From the NCBI GenBank assembly GCA_030704615.1, contig CM060734.1, positions 55,986,001 through 56,050,000 on the forward strand: a DNA stretch of 64,000 nt. Reading direction: 5' to 3'. This DNA comes from Takakia lepidozioides (taxonomy: Eukaryota > Plantae > Bryophyta). Under the pieces are notes generated by a model, which was not told the origin of the DNA, did no database searches, and saw nothing but the letters and a program-made list of their open reading frames with translations. The position numbers and the translations under genes were made by a program. Below are positions 40,100 through 52,584 of this stretch, in pieces. How positions within the stretch are numbered: position 1 is the stretch's first letter; every line of letters starts with the position of its first letter.

Positions 40100-42125
40100 C
40101 ATTAAGATATCATGCTTGGACAGTGGATTTTATGATCAATTATGGAGTGCTTTCCTTTCAGCACCCTTTATTCATTTGTTGTTGCAATTGGCTTTGGACC
40201 AACCCGTGCTGGTACCATTGCCATGGGTTCTGCCTGCAATGTTTTCTTGCCATGGATTCGGCACACGCCACGAAAGGCCATCCAGACCATCCTCTGGAAA
40301 TGCTCCAATGTTGTTTCAAACATCTCCACATTGCAATGGATACAACACTGACATTAGATGAGTGAAAGTGAGACTAGACCTCCAGCCAGCTGGCTTTCCC
40401 ACATCAAATTGAAGGGGATCTGTAGAGGATAGATAACGGCTGTTGCCTTCTCAATGTCTTTTCCAATCACCTCTGCAATGAACTGGGGTATAAGATCCTT
40501 CAAATCACAAGTTTGAGCATCACGCACAAGCCACTTACGGGGATAGAGTTTCCAATGCGAACCATTGGTCTTTTATTGATAGCATTGTTGTAAAATACAT
40601 GGACCAACATGGTCATTTTCGGGAATGACATATAGTTAGCTTTCATGTACTATGTAAGCATGCAACTATGTACCAGTGACGTGGCTTGTTTGCTATTTAA
40701 CCTGTTTGCCCATTCAGCCACCTCCACATTGCCATGGATTTTGCATGCTGGATTGTGAGGCCATCCACACCGTCCTCTGGAAATGCTATCATGGGGTTTC
40801 AGCTATGTCCACATTTCCCTGGATTATGCCTGCACGAAGCAAGGCCAACTACATTCAGCACCCTCCACTTTATTATAGTATTGCAACAACATTCAAAGCA
40901 CTTCAATTTGTATCCATCGAGAACATCTAGGCTGGAAAAAGATATTGTTGCAGCAGAACTTAGGAAAGTACTTCTCCCCTTCCACTACACACGTGAAATG
41001 AAAGAAGCCAACCAACAGCATACTAGCCAAGAAAATATGAAACCAGCCAAGAAAATAACCAATATATGCAGTGAAGGTCGACACTAAATGAAACTTATCC
41101 AACACTTACATTAGAGGAGGGAAGCTAAGTTTTACCTCCATAAGCTTGCCCACATCAAATTTGGGAGCTTTCAGAATTTTTCCTTTCCGGTTGAATGAAC
41201 TTGGCTACAAGATCCTTCAAATCACAAGTTTGAGCTTCACACACAATGAACTTACAAGGATTGAGCTTCCAATGTGAACCAGAAGTCTTATATTGATAGC
41301 ATTGTTGTAAAACACATGGACCAACAATGACAGTCTCTGGAATGACATATAGTACAGTTTCTTGTAGTATGTCGCACACAATTATGTACCAGTGACATGG
41401 CTTCTTTGCCACTTGCCTCCTTCGCCCATTCAGCCATCTCCACATTGCCACGGACTCTGCATGCACCACGCAAGGCCATCCACACCATCCTCTGGAAGTG
41501 CTATAATCAGCTATCTCCACATTGCAATGGATTCGGTCCGCACCAAGCAAGGCCAACTGCATTCAGCAGCCTCCACTTTATTATGTTATTGCAGCAACAT
41601 TGAAAGCACTTCAATTAATATCCAACAAGAACATGTAGGCTGGAAAACAAAAATGCAACAGAACTTACGTTCGTACTCCTCCCCTTCCACTACACACGAG
41701 CAATTTAACCCCTGGTACCTCAATATGCTCCCCTTCAAGCTCTTCCAACTCACCAACATGTCGCTCTATCTTTGCTCCCACCTCCTCACTGTATGTGATC
41801 CCCATGAAAGCAGCCAAGCAACAAGATATCAGCCAAGAAAACAGCCAATGTATGCAGTGAACGTCGACACTAAACTGAAACTTATCCAGCACTTAAATTA
41901 GAGGAGGGAAGCGAGTTCTACCTCCATAAGCTTGCCCACATCAACTCTGGGAGCTTTCATAATATTTACTTTGTGGATGAAGGTGTTCTGTATAGGATAC
42001 ATACTGGCTGATATCTTCTCAATGTCTTTTCCAATCACCTCTGGAATGAACTTGGCTACAAGAACCTTCAAATCACAAGTTTGAGCTTCATGCACAATGA
42101 TCTCCCTCATCTTCCACCAAAGCAA
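40100..42125 (-). repeat. Triplicated chimeric unit of captured RPS3a and PPR E-motif fragments
   Basis: CTTCAAATCACAAGTTTGAGC recurs near 40498, 41215 and 42066; PPR remnant VVWMALRGACRVRGNVEMAE recurs between the copies. Confidence 0.8.
41915..42118 (-). pseudogene. RPS3A: Captured 40S ribosomal protein S3a (eS1) fragment
   Basis: [60 protein letters not shown]. Confidence 0.9.
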
Positions 42126-44231
42126 GCCGAGACATGGTAACACTACTTACATCAGGCTGCATATCGCGAAACTGGTGAAGGACCTGCATGGAAATACTGG
42201 CTGCATACAATGTTTTGCAGTGTTCCTGACAAGCAACCACCATTGCAACCGTCATGTTCTATGGAAATTTCTGTCTCTGTCTCTCTCTGTCTCTCTCTTT
42301 CCCACTCACACATGAATCTCAGAAATGGACATCAGAGACCTGAAAATGCCTTCATTATCCCCAAAAACTATTGGCTGGTGTACTTGAGGTTCTATTTCTT
42401 TCAAAGACTGCCCATTCAACTTCTAAGAATTGCATCATTTTGTCGAAGAGCCCTAGAAATTGTCTAACATTTTTGAAATTGTGTGTAGCAAGTGCGCTTA
42501 ATATGGTTGGGTCGCTTCTTTGTGAAGCCAATGCAGAAAATCCGCAACATGTAATTGTCTGTTGTTTTCACATCCACATGTGACTCTATCAGACTCTACC
42601 ATTTCCGCACCAGCCTCCATCAAGTTGTCTGTGGTGAAATTTATTCCCTGGACCAATCCCAAGTCAATTTACAACACGGCCTTTAACCCTGACAACAAAA
42701 AATACTCACTTTAGAGTTCCAAAAGACACAGATTTTCCTGAGAATAAGCACTTCAATTTCGCTATGATGTACTGAGTGATAAGAGCCCCATACTAGAAGC
42801 AGCACTGCACCCACTTAAAATGAGAGTAACCTAAAAGTTAGTGAGGACATTGCGACCCTGCACATTCTTGGTGAAGCCAGTTTGGCAATTCGAAGAGAGA
42901 ACACATATACTGGCACCAGCTTCAACCTTTCCTTTGTAATATCTTCCATTATTTGACCGGCCAACCTGTGATGACGACAATGCTACCCATATCCTAACAA
43001 CATTGCATTCGAAAAGATTTCCCAAAATCAAGATCATGAGGGGAAATGTAAAGTTCCCTTTGGAACCTTCCACATAGAATGAAGGGTTTGACAGCGAAAT
43101 AAGGACAAAAAGGGGGAGGAAGATGCAGGTTCCGATTGGGATTTCGCATCGGGCCTGTAGCTTCATGATGGTGATTGGTTATAACTACTAATGGAAGAGA
43201 TGTAGACTTGGTAGTAGATATTTAAACGTTTCGATTATAACTTACCAATCTGACACCAGATAACCTTTGTAAATCCTATCGAACTCTCCCTTCGAATTCG
43301 CATCGTCGATGCTTCCATACATGTCCATGAAGGTAACGTTCCAAATTTCTTCAAGTAGATGCAATTCTCGCCTATGATATGATCACCATGCTATCATGCA
43401 ATCATCGCATTTGAAGACACGACCCGTCGTTCAGCCATATTGTCGCACATTCCCTCTCTGCAAACTCCACATTCCAAATGGCATCCTCTGCAGACTCTCA
43501 CTTTACAGACTCAATGAAGAATGCGACTTAGTGCTCTACGGTAACTACAAAATGCTTGAGCTATATCAAACCAATAGGAAACTAACACATGTACTAAGCT
43601 GATAGGATTTCGGCAAACATGGATAGATGAGCTCATCCAAATGGATGGATCCATTCATATATATGTCTTCAAAATGACACGTGTACTAATAAAGTCATAT
43701 AAATGCCTTTAAAATGCCATGTGTAGTGATGTAGTCATATATATAGAGTCATGAATCAATCTGCAGTCAAACAGTCATAAGTTTACATGCCATGTCATGC
43801 TGTGGATGAACTCGTCCAATGGATGTATACATTCGTGTATTTGCCTTCGAAATGACACGTGTAGCGATGTAGTCGTATAATTAGAGCTGTGAAACCATCT
43901 CCAGTCATGGAGTCATAACATTTCATGAAACGTCATCCACGTGTAGTCAAACATATCACACTAGTCATATAAACCATCCCTGTCATTGTGGTCAACAATG
44001 TTTGACCAAAGCTTCCTAACTTTCCGGAGTCATGTAGTGATATCCGGCGTCATGTAGTGATAAAACTATGACTGCAACGCATTTCAGCGCTCTGTAGTCA
44101 TCTACCTAGTGCAGTTTTTATGACTCCGCCAAAGCCGTAGTCCTAAAAACGCTCATCTCTTGTAGTGAAGTTAGCTCCGCGTTGGTGGATCTCTGGTGGT
44201 TTTTTGACATGTTATTGCCAATGTGGTCGAC

Positions 44232-44556
44232 AGGAAAGTATTGAAAAAACAGATAACAGAGACGAGGAGAAGCTCTGGAAAGAATACGTTTGGGGTGTTG
44301 GGGTGTTTGCTGGAACAATTCTAGGCTGTCATTGTCAGCTGCTAGGAGCAAGACAATGATATATACATGATTTGTGCAGAGGCATGGATAGCTGAAGGAG
44401 CAGGGATAGAGTGCATGGGTCCAGATTCATCCAAGAGGGCCGGATTTCAATCTCCAGATTACCTATGATTCCCTATGGAAGGATAGCTACAAGAAACCTG
44501 CATGGATAGATGATCAATTGGTTGGTTTTGAGCTGAAGAGCACGACCCCTGCAGGG
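44232..44556 (+). pseudogene. Fragment of a PDF-motif gene paralogous to the 5' exons of the PPR gene
   Basis: RDEEKLWKEY, then after a cag acceptor (44425) IHPRGPDFNLQITYDSLWKDSYKKPAWIDDQL. Confidence 0.75.
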
Positions 44557-44559
44557 ATG

Positions 44560-44945
44560 TCTTTCCATCTGTAGATCTTTTAGGAAGTGGAAGGCTAGGG
44601 CCCAGCTTTCTTATGACAGTGTTAGCTGATTTTTAGTTCTTCTCCTCAGCTCGGTGCCTTTCTGTTTCCAAGTTATGGCAGTACTGGATGCAGTCTCTTT
44701 TCCTGCTAGACTCTTTAGCTCTATGCAGACCCCCTTCTTTGCTTGCCTTCCTTCTTACTACTCTTTCTTGTCTTGGTACGCGAAGCTGTGTCTTCCTCTT
44801 TCAGCCTCTATGGCATTCTATCCAGAGGTTATTTTTTCCTCTTTGTATCCAAGGACATTTTATGTCCATTACCTATAAAATTCTGGAGGCCACTGTCCCC
44901 TACTGTCCCTCTTTGTTAACAAAAATAAAAATAATAAAAAAAGAC
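44560..44945 (+). mobile_element. Possible short L1 3' UTR with A-rich tail
   Basis: Pyrimidine-rich tract ending TGTCCCTCTTTGTTAAC plus an A-rich run, similar in style to the L1 end at 25344. Confidence 0.4.
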
Positions 44946-45319
44946 AACAATGACTTCCTTTCTATTTTCCTAGAAACCTGATGAGAATTTAAATCAATTA
45001 ATAATCTAAATATTATAATTGTATGATTTAATTTATTAAATTAAAATATTATTAAAAAACCTCTTTAGTCATGAAGTTATATACTCATGACTACATCATG
45101 GCAACGTGGCATTATATGATACGATATTCTTTCCCACGTGTAGGTCATATATGTTGTCCATGTGGACACGTGTCACATCCGGAGTGCTACATGTGTCCCT
45201 CTGACGCCGCTCCAATGGAGTCATACTTTGTAGACATGTAGTCATATAGTTAGTCATATATAAATCATAGAAAAAATAGTCATATATGCAGTCATAAAAA
45301 CGCTCATCTATTGTAGTGT

Positions 45320-48300
45320 GATCTCATTCCGGATTACGTTTTGCAGCAAGAAATAGCTGAAGCTGGAGAGAGAGGAAAAGCGGAGTACTATTTGAAAAAC
45401 CCGGAGGGTCTGAGGATGTCCAAGGGAGTGGCGGAAGCCATGAAGTTTACGATGAATGAGATACGGAAGAAGCTCATGAGTGCTTTCGTGAAACAGCTGA
45501 GAATAGCTGACCCTGATTTTGGTCCCGAGTTTCTTAACCAGGTGAGGATCCACTGGAATAATAACACCAAACCGGAGATGGCACAGGAAAAGCTTCACCG
45601 GTTGTCAACTGCAGCTGTGGAAGCTGACCAAAAAGTGAAATGGTTGGAGATTTGGAATTCCGACCCAACTGTCAAGGATACATACTGCTTCCCTAGGGGT
45701 GAAAGAGATGAGAACACCGGGCACATCAAACCCTTTAGCGACCAAGTTCTTGATACATGGTTGCACAAAGCCACCTACTAGAGCCAGGTACTTTTCAGGA
45801 CTTTCTGTGTTTGAAATTTTTGAGAATATCATCCCATGAATGGACTCTAACCCATGCATATGTACACCTGCAGATTGAAGCTCGTGCAAACAAGGTGCTG
45901 GAGAAACAGCTTTATGACTACAAAATTACCATGACCGTGCCCGAGGACACTCTAGAGGATTACTTGAGGCAGTGGAAGGCCACAGCTTGGAGCAACTGCT
46001 TCTTCAGAGAGTTTTCCCGAGATGGAGGAATCTCCCGAACAAATGACTTTGACCAGCAGTACGGGGCGGAGGGAGTCATGAAGAGGGTCCTATACAGGTT
46101 CGTTAATTTTGTCTTATGTTTGAAAACTATCTTTGGCAATCAGTAGACAGACATTTTGTGGCCATGAAAAAATGCGTGCGCCAACGCACGCAATTTTGGA
46201 GGGCCACAAACTCATGGATTTCAATGTTTCGTTGGCAGTTCTGAATGGAATATCTGTCTGCCGTGAAGGGAATATCTTTCTGCATATGGAACCCTTTGTT
46301 TTCTCCTGTTCTTGCATATGGTACTTGTGAGTGTATTTCGGTTGCCTCATGCTCAAATATTTGTGCACCCCAAACTGTGTGCGTCGATGCATGCATTTTG
46401 GGAGGGCCGCAATATATGTTTTTTTTCCTTCAATGTCTAAAAGTGTACCTCTTTTGTTCTGTAGGTATATCAAGAACGTGCTCATTCCGGGAAAAAACCT
46501 CAGTAAGTACCCTGCCTTCATCGACTTGTGGTCTGACCTCTCTAACAGTCAGACCATGTACACGGCAGCCATCCTTAGAGACTACGGGAGATATCACCTG
46601 AAAGACTGCTGCTGGTATCTAGATATTTCGAAATCAGATTGCCCCTGGTATGAGTTGCAGACACGGAACCAGAACGACAATGCGGAGTCTTTGGCCCCTC
46701 TTACTTACAAGGAATTGCATGAGAGGAATATGCGAATCCTTGCTGAGAAGGAACCCGCAGCCAACAGAACTCCTGCGAGAGGGAAGAGAAAGGGAAAGGG
46801 TACAAAGGACAAAGGGAAAGAGAAGGCCACCCAAGGGGAGACTGCGGGGGGAGGTAGCGCAGACCCCAATTGCAAACAAGGAATGAAAACGTAAGGGGAA
46901 GATTGAGCCATACGACGCAGTGGAGCACCCATCCAGAATCCAACGAGAAATGCGAGATTGTCAATGATTCATTTCTTGCCATGATGGAAAGCAGAAAATC
47001 TGGTTACACTGGAGAACCCTCTCGAACTTGGGGCAAGCTGTGTGCATTCCTTGACTCGGTAAGCCAATTCCCACTGTTTGTCTCCTTTACTGTTTTCCCT
47101 TTTGGATAGTTATTTAATTTTTGCCGTCTGTCTGTTTTCAGGTTTCGAAAGGGCAGTGTTGGGTCAATGGTTCTCTGAAACCATGTTGTGCCGACATGGT
47201 GATTGTGGACATTCCGGATGGGCTGCCAGTACCGGACATCCTACCCACAGGCACTTGCCCAACATGGAATGCATTTGATGAGAGGTACTGGCGGTGGGTC
47301 TTTTCATTTTGCAATTTTTTTTTATCGGATGCAGGGGTTCTTGTAATGATCCAGTCGGTCAATACGAAATGTCGACGGGAGCTTGCAAGCTACCTCAAGG
47401 CCTCGGGGATGAAAATCATCAAAACGTGGAATGATGTGAACAGCCTGTACTTGACAAAGGGCGACTGTCCCGGACAAATGGTAATTGACTTTCTCTTGCC
47501 TGCTTCATTTTAAGTTCCATTTCACCCCTGCAGAAATGAGTGCGTCAACGCACTCATTTTCAGAGGTTTCAAGCACTGTTCTTTCCAGATGAATTTTTTT
47601 GGATTCACTAATATGTGCTTCATGTTGTTTTGTGTGTAGACCCGCCTTTTTGAGGCCGTCTGCCTCGTCAGAGTGCACCCTGCTTCAACTCCCACAACAT
47701 TGAAGGAGTTTAGGCTTCATGGGGGAGGTTCTTTCATCAACGATAAGTTCGATCCAGTGGTGGACGACATGCACTACAATTACGTGGATTCCAATGTGTG
47801 CTTGCGAAAGTCCAACTCCACACCATGGAGAGGGGCCAAGGAGAAGAGCACCGCATTTATTCAAACAATTGTGGAGACTTGCTCCCATCCGGGGGCGCGT
47901 ATCGTGGACCTCACTCTTGGCACAGGTTTCACCCCCAACCTGCTGCGGTGTTTTCTTCTTGGTGCAAAATTGGTTTATATGTGTCTTGAGAGAACTCTGT
48001 CTTGCAGGAGCTTTGTACCATGCTTGCAAGGCAGCGGGCAGGCATTTGTTTGGTATTGAAGGGGATGCGGACATTTTCAATGACCTCCTCCATAACTTGG
48101 AAGTGCCAGCGCCGGCACCTGCCGCCCAACAACAGGAGGGTATAGTGCATGTGGAAATCAACGAAGGGGACGACAAAGTCTTGGACGACAATTTCGCATG
48201 TGAGTAAGTTGTTTTTCTATAAGCATCCGATTTCTCCCGCGAAAATGGCCCCCCCTTTCCCATTAATGGTGGCTAATGCAATTGTGGATCTTTTGGTGGC

Positions 48301-48517
48301 AGGATATATTCCTTTGGTCGACGTCTCTTTTATTCACAGTGACTTGTGGTGCAACCCTCCACGTTCATACATCCTATCCAACTACGCGGAGGCCATTGCT
48401 CGTCAACAGAGTTTCATGTTATCTCCCCTATGTGCTCGAAAGCACAACAGGCACCTCGGAGCTCGGGTTTACGTCGATGATACTGCACAAGTTTCAGGGG
48501 ATAGTTCTAGTGACTGA
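45320..48517 (+). pseudogene. MULE accessory gene with C-terminal N6_N4 (beta-class amino) DNA methyltransferase fold; exons about 45320-45787, 45874-46098, 46465-47058, 47142-47480, 47640-47925, 48008-48200, 48303-48517
   Basis: Motif IV-like ADMVIVDIPDG (47208) precedes WRGAKEK..IVETCSHPGARIVDLTLGTG|ALYHACKAAGRHLFGIEGD (motifs X-I-II). GT-AG introns keep frame through the MTase exons; one stop (45779), one frameshift (about 46880), last junction uncertain. Confidence 0.78.
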
Positions 48518-48747
48518 AATGCAAATTTCATCATTTTGGGGGGTCTCGAGATGTTCACAATTTCAGACATTTTCTGTCCCTCCATAACTTTGTAATAAAA
48601 ATTGTGCCAGTTCGTTGTAATGTCATTAAAAGATGGATTCTCATTTTCGTGCCGTGTATGCATTTACAACAGTGGCTTCTATGCACTTCATACAGTGGAT
48701 AGTTATATCCTGGCTTGTAGGCTTTGATTGTAATGAACAGCAAATGG

Positions 48748-48985
48748 TTGGTTATGGGTCAAACAAGAAGATAAGGCACCTATGGATATGATGTATGTAT
48801 TGACTCTCGGGTCCAACGCAAGTTAAAAGGCAGCCTCCTGATGCCTAACATTGGTTATGGGTCAAACAAGAATACAAGACACCTAGGGGATGATTTGTGG
48901 ACTCTCGGGTTCAACGCAAGTTCAAGGGCAACATCCTGATGCGTAACATTGGTGATGGTTCAAACAAGAAGACAGTGCACCTAGT
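48748..48985. repeat. About 100-bp tandem repeat, about 2.3 copies
   Basis: GGTTATGGGTCAAACAAGAA-like anchors at about 48750, 48853 and 48951. Confidence 0.8.
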
Positions 48986-50108
48986 CAATTTCTGTTACAC
49001 AATATTGTAAGACCCGGAATTCCTCCTCATGCACAAACGAGAGCCAAATCATTTTGAATGTTGTTGTATAATGGTCCTGATGACAAAACCATGAAAGTTG
49101 CAATACTCTCGTAACATACAGGTGCACATTTCTACCTCATTGGCAGGGGCCGCAATAAGCATTGGAGTCCAAACCATGTTTAGCGTGGTCAGGTGGTGCG
49201 TTGCAGGAAGTATAGTGCTGAAATGGCTTGCAATGTGTCGACACTGAAGAGGACAGCTAAAGAAGAGTGTGCTGCACACCAGATTGTTGTAGCAAGCACT
49301 CGGACAAAGTCGCAGCATGAAAGATCACTCTCACATCTGCTGTGTTGTCTTATTCTACGTTGCTGTCATCTGTCTACCTTTCCCCAAGTGCCAGACATTC
49401 ATTAAATCTTATCAAGTGCTTTAGGACAGATTTTAGGCACAATTTCTAATGTTTGTGCAAACGACATTGATCGTTGTGCTTGGTTTTCATAAATGTTAGA
49501 ATGACATCCTCGCTCAACATTCATCCACTCTATCATCCATTCACGGTATTTCATCCACATTTATCCACAACTATTCATCCCCATTCATCCATATTAGCAG
49601 TGTCCCATCCACATTGGCTCTGCTTCATCCTCATAAACTCATCCACAACCATTGTACACTGATGACAGCAACGTAAAATACCACATTAGCATGGCATTAA
49701 ATCATCTGAGGACCATTGTAAACTGATGACCTGGACATTAATACATCCACAACCATTTCAGTCTCTACAAACACTATCATTCTGCAACATTCACCAACAA
49801 ACCCTAAACTCTCTTCTACACCTCGCCTCGTCGCCCACACATGATTCCCTATCTGCCAAATGCGCAATCCGCGGCTATAGGCCCCCATTTGCCTGTTCGG
49901 TCCGCGGTTATAGGGCCATGCCTATGAAAATGATGTGGCATGACGTGACGTGGCGTCGGGCACGCTGGCGACGTTGGCTGACGTGGCGTCAGACCCGTCA
50001 GCCATCGTGGCAATAACTGATGACGTGGCGTGAGCCCGCCTAGGCTCACGCGTTCTCACGCTCACGCTCACGCGTTCTCACGCTCACGCTCACGCGGAAG
50101 CATCCCCC

Positions 50109-51374
50109 AAAGCGAGCAGGTGGGGGGAGGGCAGCCTGTGTGTTCCAGATAAAGACCTTCCTGGACTTCTTTCTCTTGCTAATGCACCCCATTTCCAAAA
50201 ATTGGTTTCTGCTGTCTGTCATAGCTGATAGTCCTGACAATTGGAGATCCCAAGAAAGCAATGAAGAGAGAAAGTCAAGTGACAAGCGGGAGAACAGGGC
50301 ATCAGAGAGTCACACCAGGCAGGCCGGATTCTAAGACCCCGAGGAAGGTGCTCAAATACCAAAGTCCAACCACGTTTATTGTTGGCAACATCATGAACAA
50401 AGAAAAAGAGGGGGGAGTGAGAGATTTGACCAATAGCTGCAGGTCAATGGCGTGAAAGATGGGAAGTACATGTATGACTGCCAGATTGACCAAAGCAGGA
50501 TTGTTCTCCACCATAATTCCTATGTTGAGAGGGAGATTTGGGGAAAAAACTCCCTCAGAATTTGAGCCGTGAGGCGCAAAGTAATTTCTTTTTCATTCCC
50601 AACACCCAAAAGTTTGTGTAGTTGTCAAAAAAGGTGTAGACGAGAGGGGTCACACAGATAGCTGCCTTGTCCCTTGCATACGGCGAACCAGGGGCCCAGC
50701 CTGTTAGCGGTCTCCTTGAGAAAGAGTGTAGCTCGAGGAAGGAGATAACGAGACTGGTGCTATCCAAAAGGTGCAGTTCTTCTTGTGAAAAAGGAAACGA
50801 AGCCCATTTGTCCTTTATGATTACAGGATGGAGATCGTATGGCCGATTAGGATGGAGCCACTTGGTGGAGTCCTCACTGCGTTTCCTTTTTTTGGAAGAC
50901 TGACCCAGCTGGAAACCACCTTCGTCGTGTTCCAAGGAAACAGTAACCGCTGCTGCATCAAACGAAGAGCCCGCTTTGGTATTTGATGAAAGAGGAGGTT
51001 TGGGGGCCTCAAAGTCGAGCGGCTTGGATCGTTTAGGGCAGTTGGAACGCAGGTGACCTTCTCCATTGCAGATGATGGATAAGCTCCTCTTTGATCGCCA
51101 CGACGATGAAAGAATCGTCGAGGGTAGGAAGATTGATTGAGGAACCAATGGGCTCATTCTCCGGCATGAGGACCACTAACTTAGGGACCCCTCCATCTTT
51201 GTAGAAGTCAAAGTTTGCCGCTTCATTATCCACACTCCTTATGTTGTCCTGCATCGGCTCAAAAACATTCAGTGAGCCCATGAAGGTGCCGAAGCTGGCG
51301 CCTATTTCAGGGAGAGAAGACAGATAAGTAGCCGGAAGGAAGGGTATTACAATAACCCTTGGCAGTACATGCAT
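50109..51374 (-). pseudogene. L1 ORF1 (gag-like), upstream part
   Basis: Degenerate zinc knuckle xICNGEGHLRSNCP; the frame joins the 30069-29959 segment once the insertion is removed. Confidence 0.75.
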
Positions 51375-52584
51375 AATGCATACACTTCCAGAGAACTGTC
51401 TTGGGGAGCCGCGCCGCAGCCAACAGAATGTGGCTCATTAATGAGCAGTAGAGATGGAGTAGCCGGATGAAAGATGAGAAGAAGGAGTAGAGGGAAGAGA
51501 AGGGAGAGAGGTCGGGGACGAAGAAGAATCTTGTTAATTCATTAGATCAGAAGAGGGATTGTGGCCGATCCAGACGGTTGGCAGTCTTCAGAGGGTACTG
51601 CGATCTTATCCTCGCTTCAGTATGCTTCAGACTTTTAGATTAGGAGGTGCAAGGAGAACATATGAGGAAAACCGTTCATTGACAGTGAGGGGGGACTCGC
51701 AAAAACGCCTAAGTCCCAACTCCCCTCACCGCAATTTGCGGAGTGGTCTATATCCCCCACACTCCTAAATTCAAGAGACTAAAAGTCCTCGAAATTACAT
51801 ACCGCAAAATAATTAAAGTGTTTTGTTTTTCACATTTGGGAAATAGCAGGAGTGGCTACTGAGTTTTGCCGGAAATAGCCATATTTTCTGTTCATCCAAT
51901 GAAATTTGGACAGAATCATCCTCCTATGTACTTTCATCCATGTATATCATCCATATTAGGAGAATTCATCCAAGATTTATATATTTTTTGGAGAATTTTT
52001 GCGATTTCATCCATGAGAAAATAGGGAATTTACGACAGAATATTCGATTTGTTTTTTGAAAAAGTGCGAAACTTCGCCAGAAATAAAAACATATGCGGCG
52101 CATATGTACTTTATACTCTGGTATGGAAATGATGTATAGGCATATATACATATATACGAATACGCCAAATTGTCGCTGTATGTCGGATACCAAGCGCGCC
52201 AAAGCCACGTGGCTGGCGGCTGTTCACTTTTCTGGACGTCGTGTGTTTGACACGTGGTAGGGTACCGTTGGGCGGCCTCACGTGGATGGTCCAGCAGCCG
52301 CCGGGGGTCGCGTGTCGCGTGCACTTGTAGTCTGCCGGGAGCTCAGTGGATGAAAATTTGGCCCTATTGGACAGAATGCATCCGCTCCTCTCAGCTTGTA
52401 AGGAGGGAGGGATATAACCTTAGCTCTGTGGATGGAAGTGTGGGCCTACTGGGAATCATCCATCCTCCACTCTCACTTTTATAACGGAATCTAAAAGGAC
52501 ATTCCAGATAGATCACCGTCCCGGGTGCCGCGCGGCCACGAGCCACCTTTTTCTTTTTCTTTTCCTTTTTGTTCTTTTTCGGAT

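Larger units (their letters stand above)
35490..45318 (+). mobile_element. CACTA/EnSpm element (Pack-type), left end missing
   Basis: TnpD gene; two right-end TIRs AAAAACGCTCATCT(C/A)TTGTAGTG ending at 44167 and 45318; TAGTCAT subterminal motif clusters. Confidence 0.8.
30080..50108. mobile_element. Mutator-superfamily (MULE) DNA transposon, 20,029 bp including nested CACTA
   Basis: Termini GG-N6-CTTCCGCGTGAGCGTGAG inverted at both ends; about 260 bp of subterminal GACGTGGC/CTATAGCCG motifs; 10-bp TSD AAAGCCAGCA (30070-30079) / AAAGCGAGCA (50109-50118). Confidence 0.85.
25344..51790 (-). mobile_element. L1-clade LINE, near full length, degenerate, split by a 20-kb insertion (5' end approximate)
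   Basis: Poly(A) at 25344-25352 (minus strand), ORF2 29962-25797, ORF1 pieces at 51374-50109 and 30069-29959. Confidence 0.88.

Noticed and set aside
45320-48517. Bacterial contamination as the source of the MTase
   Set aside because: The gene has several spliceosomal introns and lies inside a TSD-bounded plant TE.
30088-50100. TSD-less insertion ending at CTTCC/GGAAG
   Set aside because: Extending 8 bp on each side gives GG termini, a 10-bp TSD and a restored L1 ORF1 with an ATGA overlap.
51760-51800. L1 target-site duplication
   Set aside because: Only a short TCGAA match to the 25338-25343 flank; too weak to fix the 5' end.
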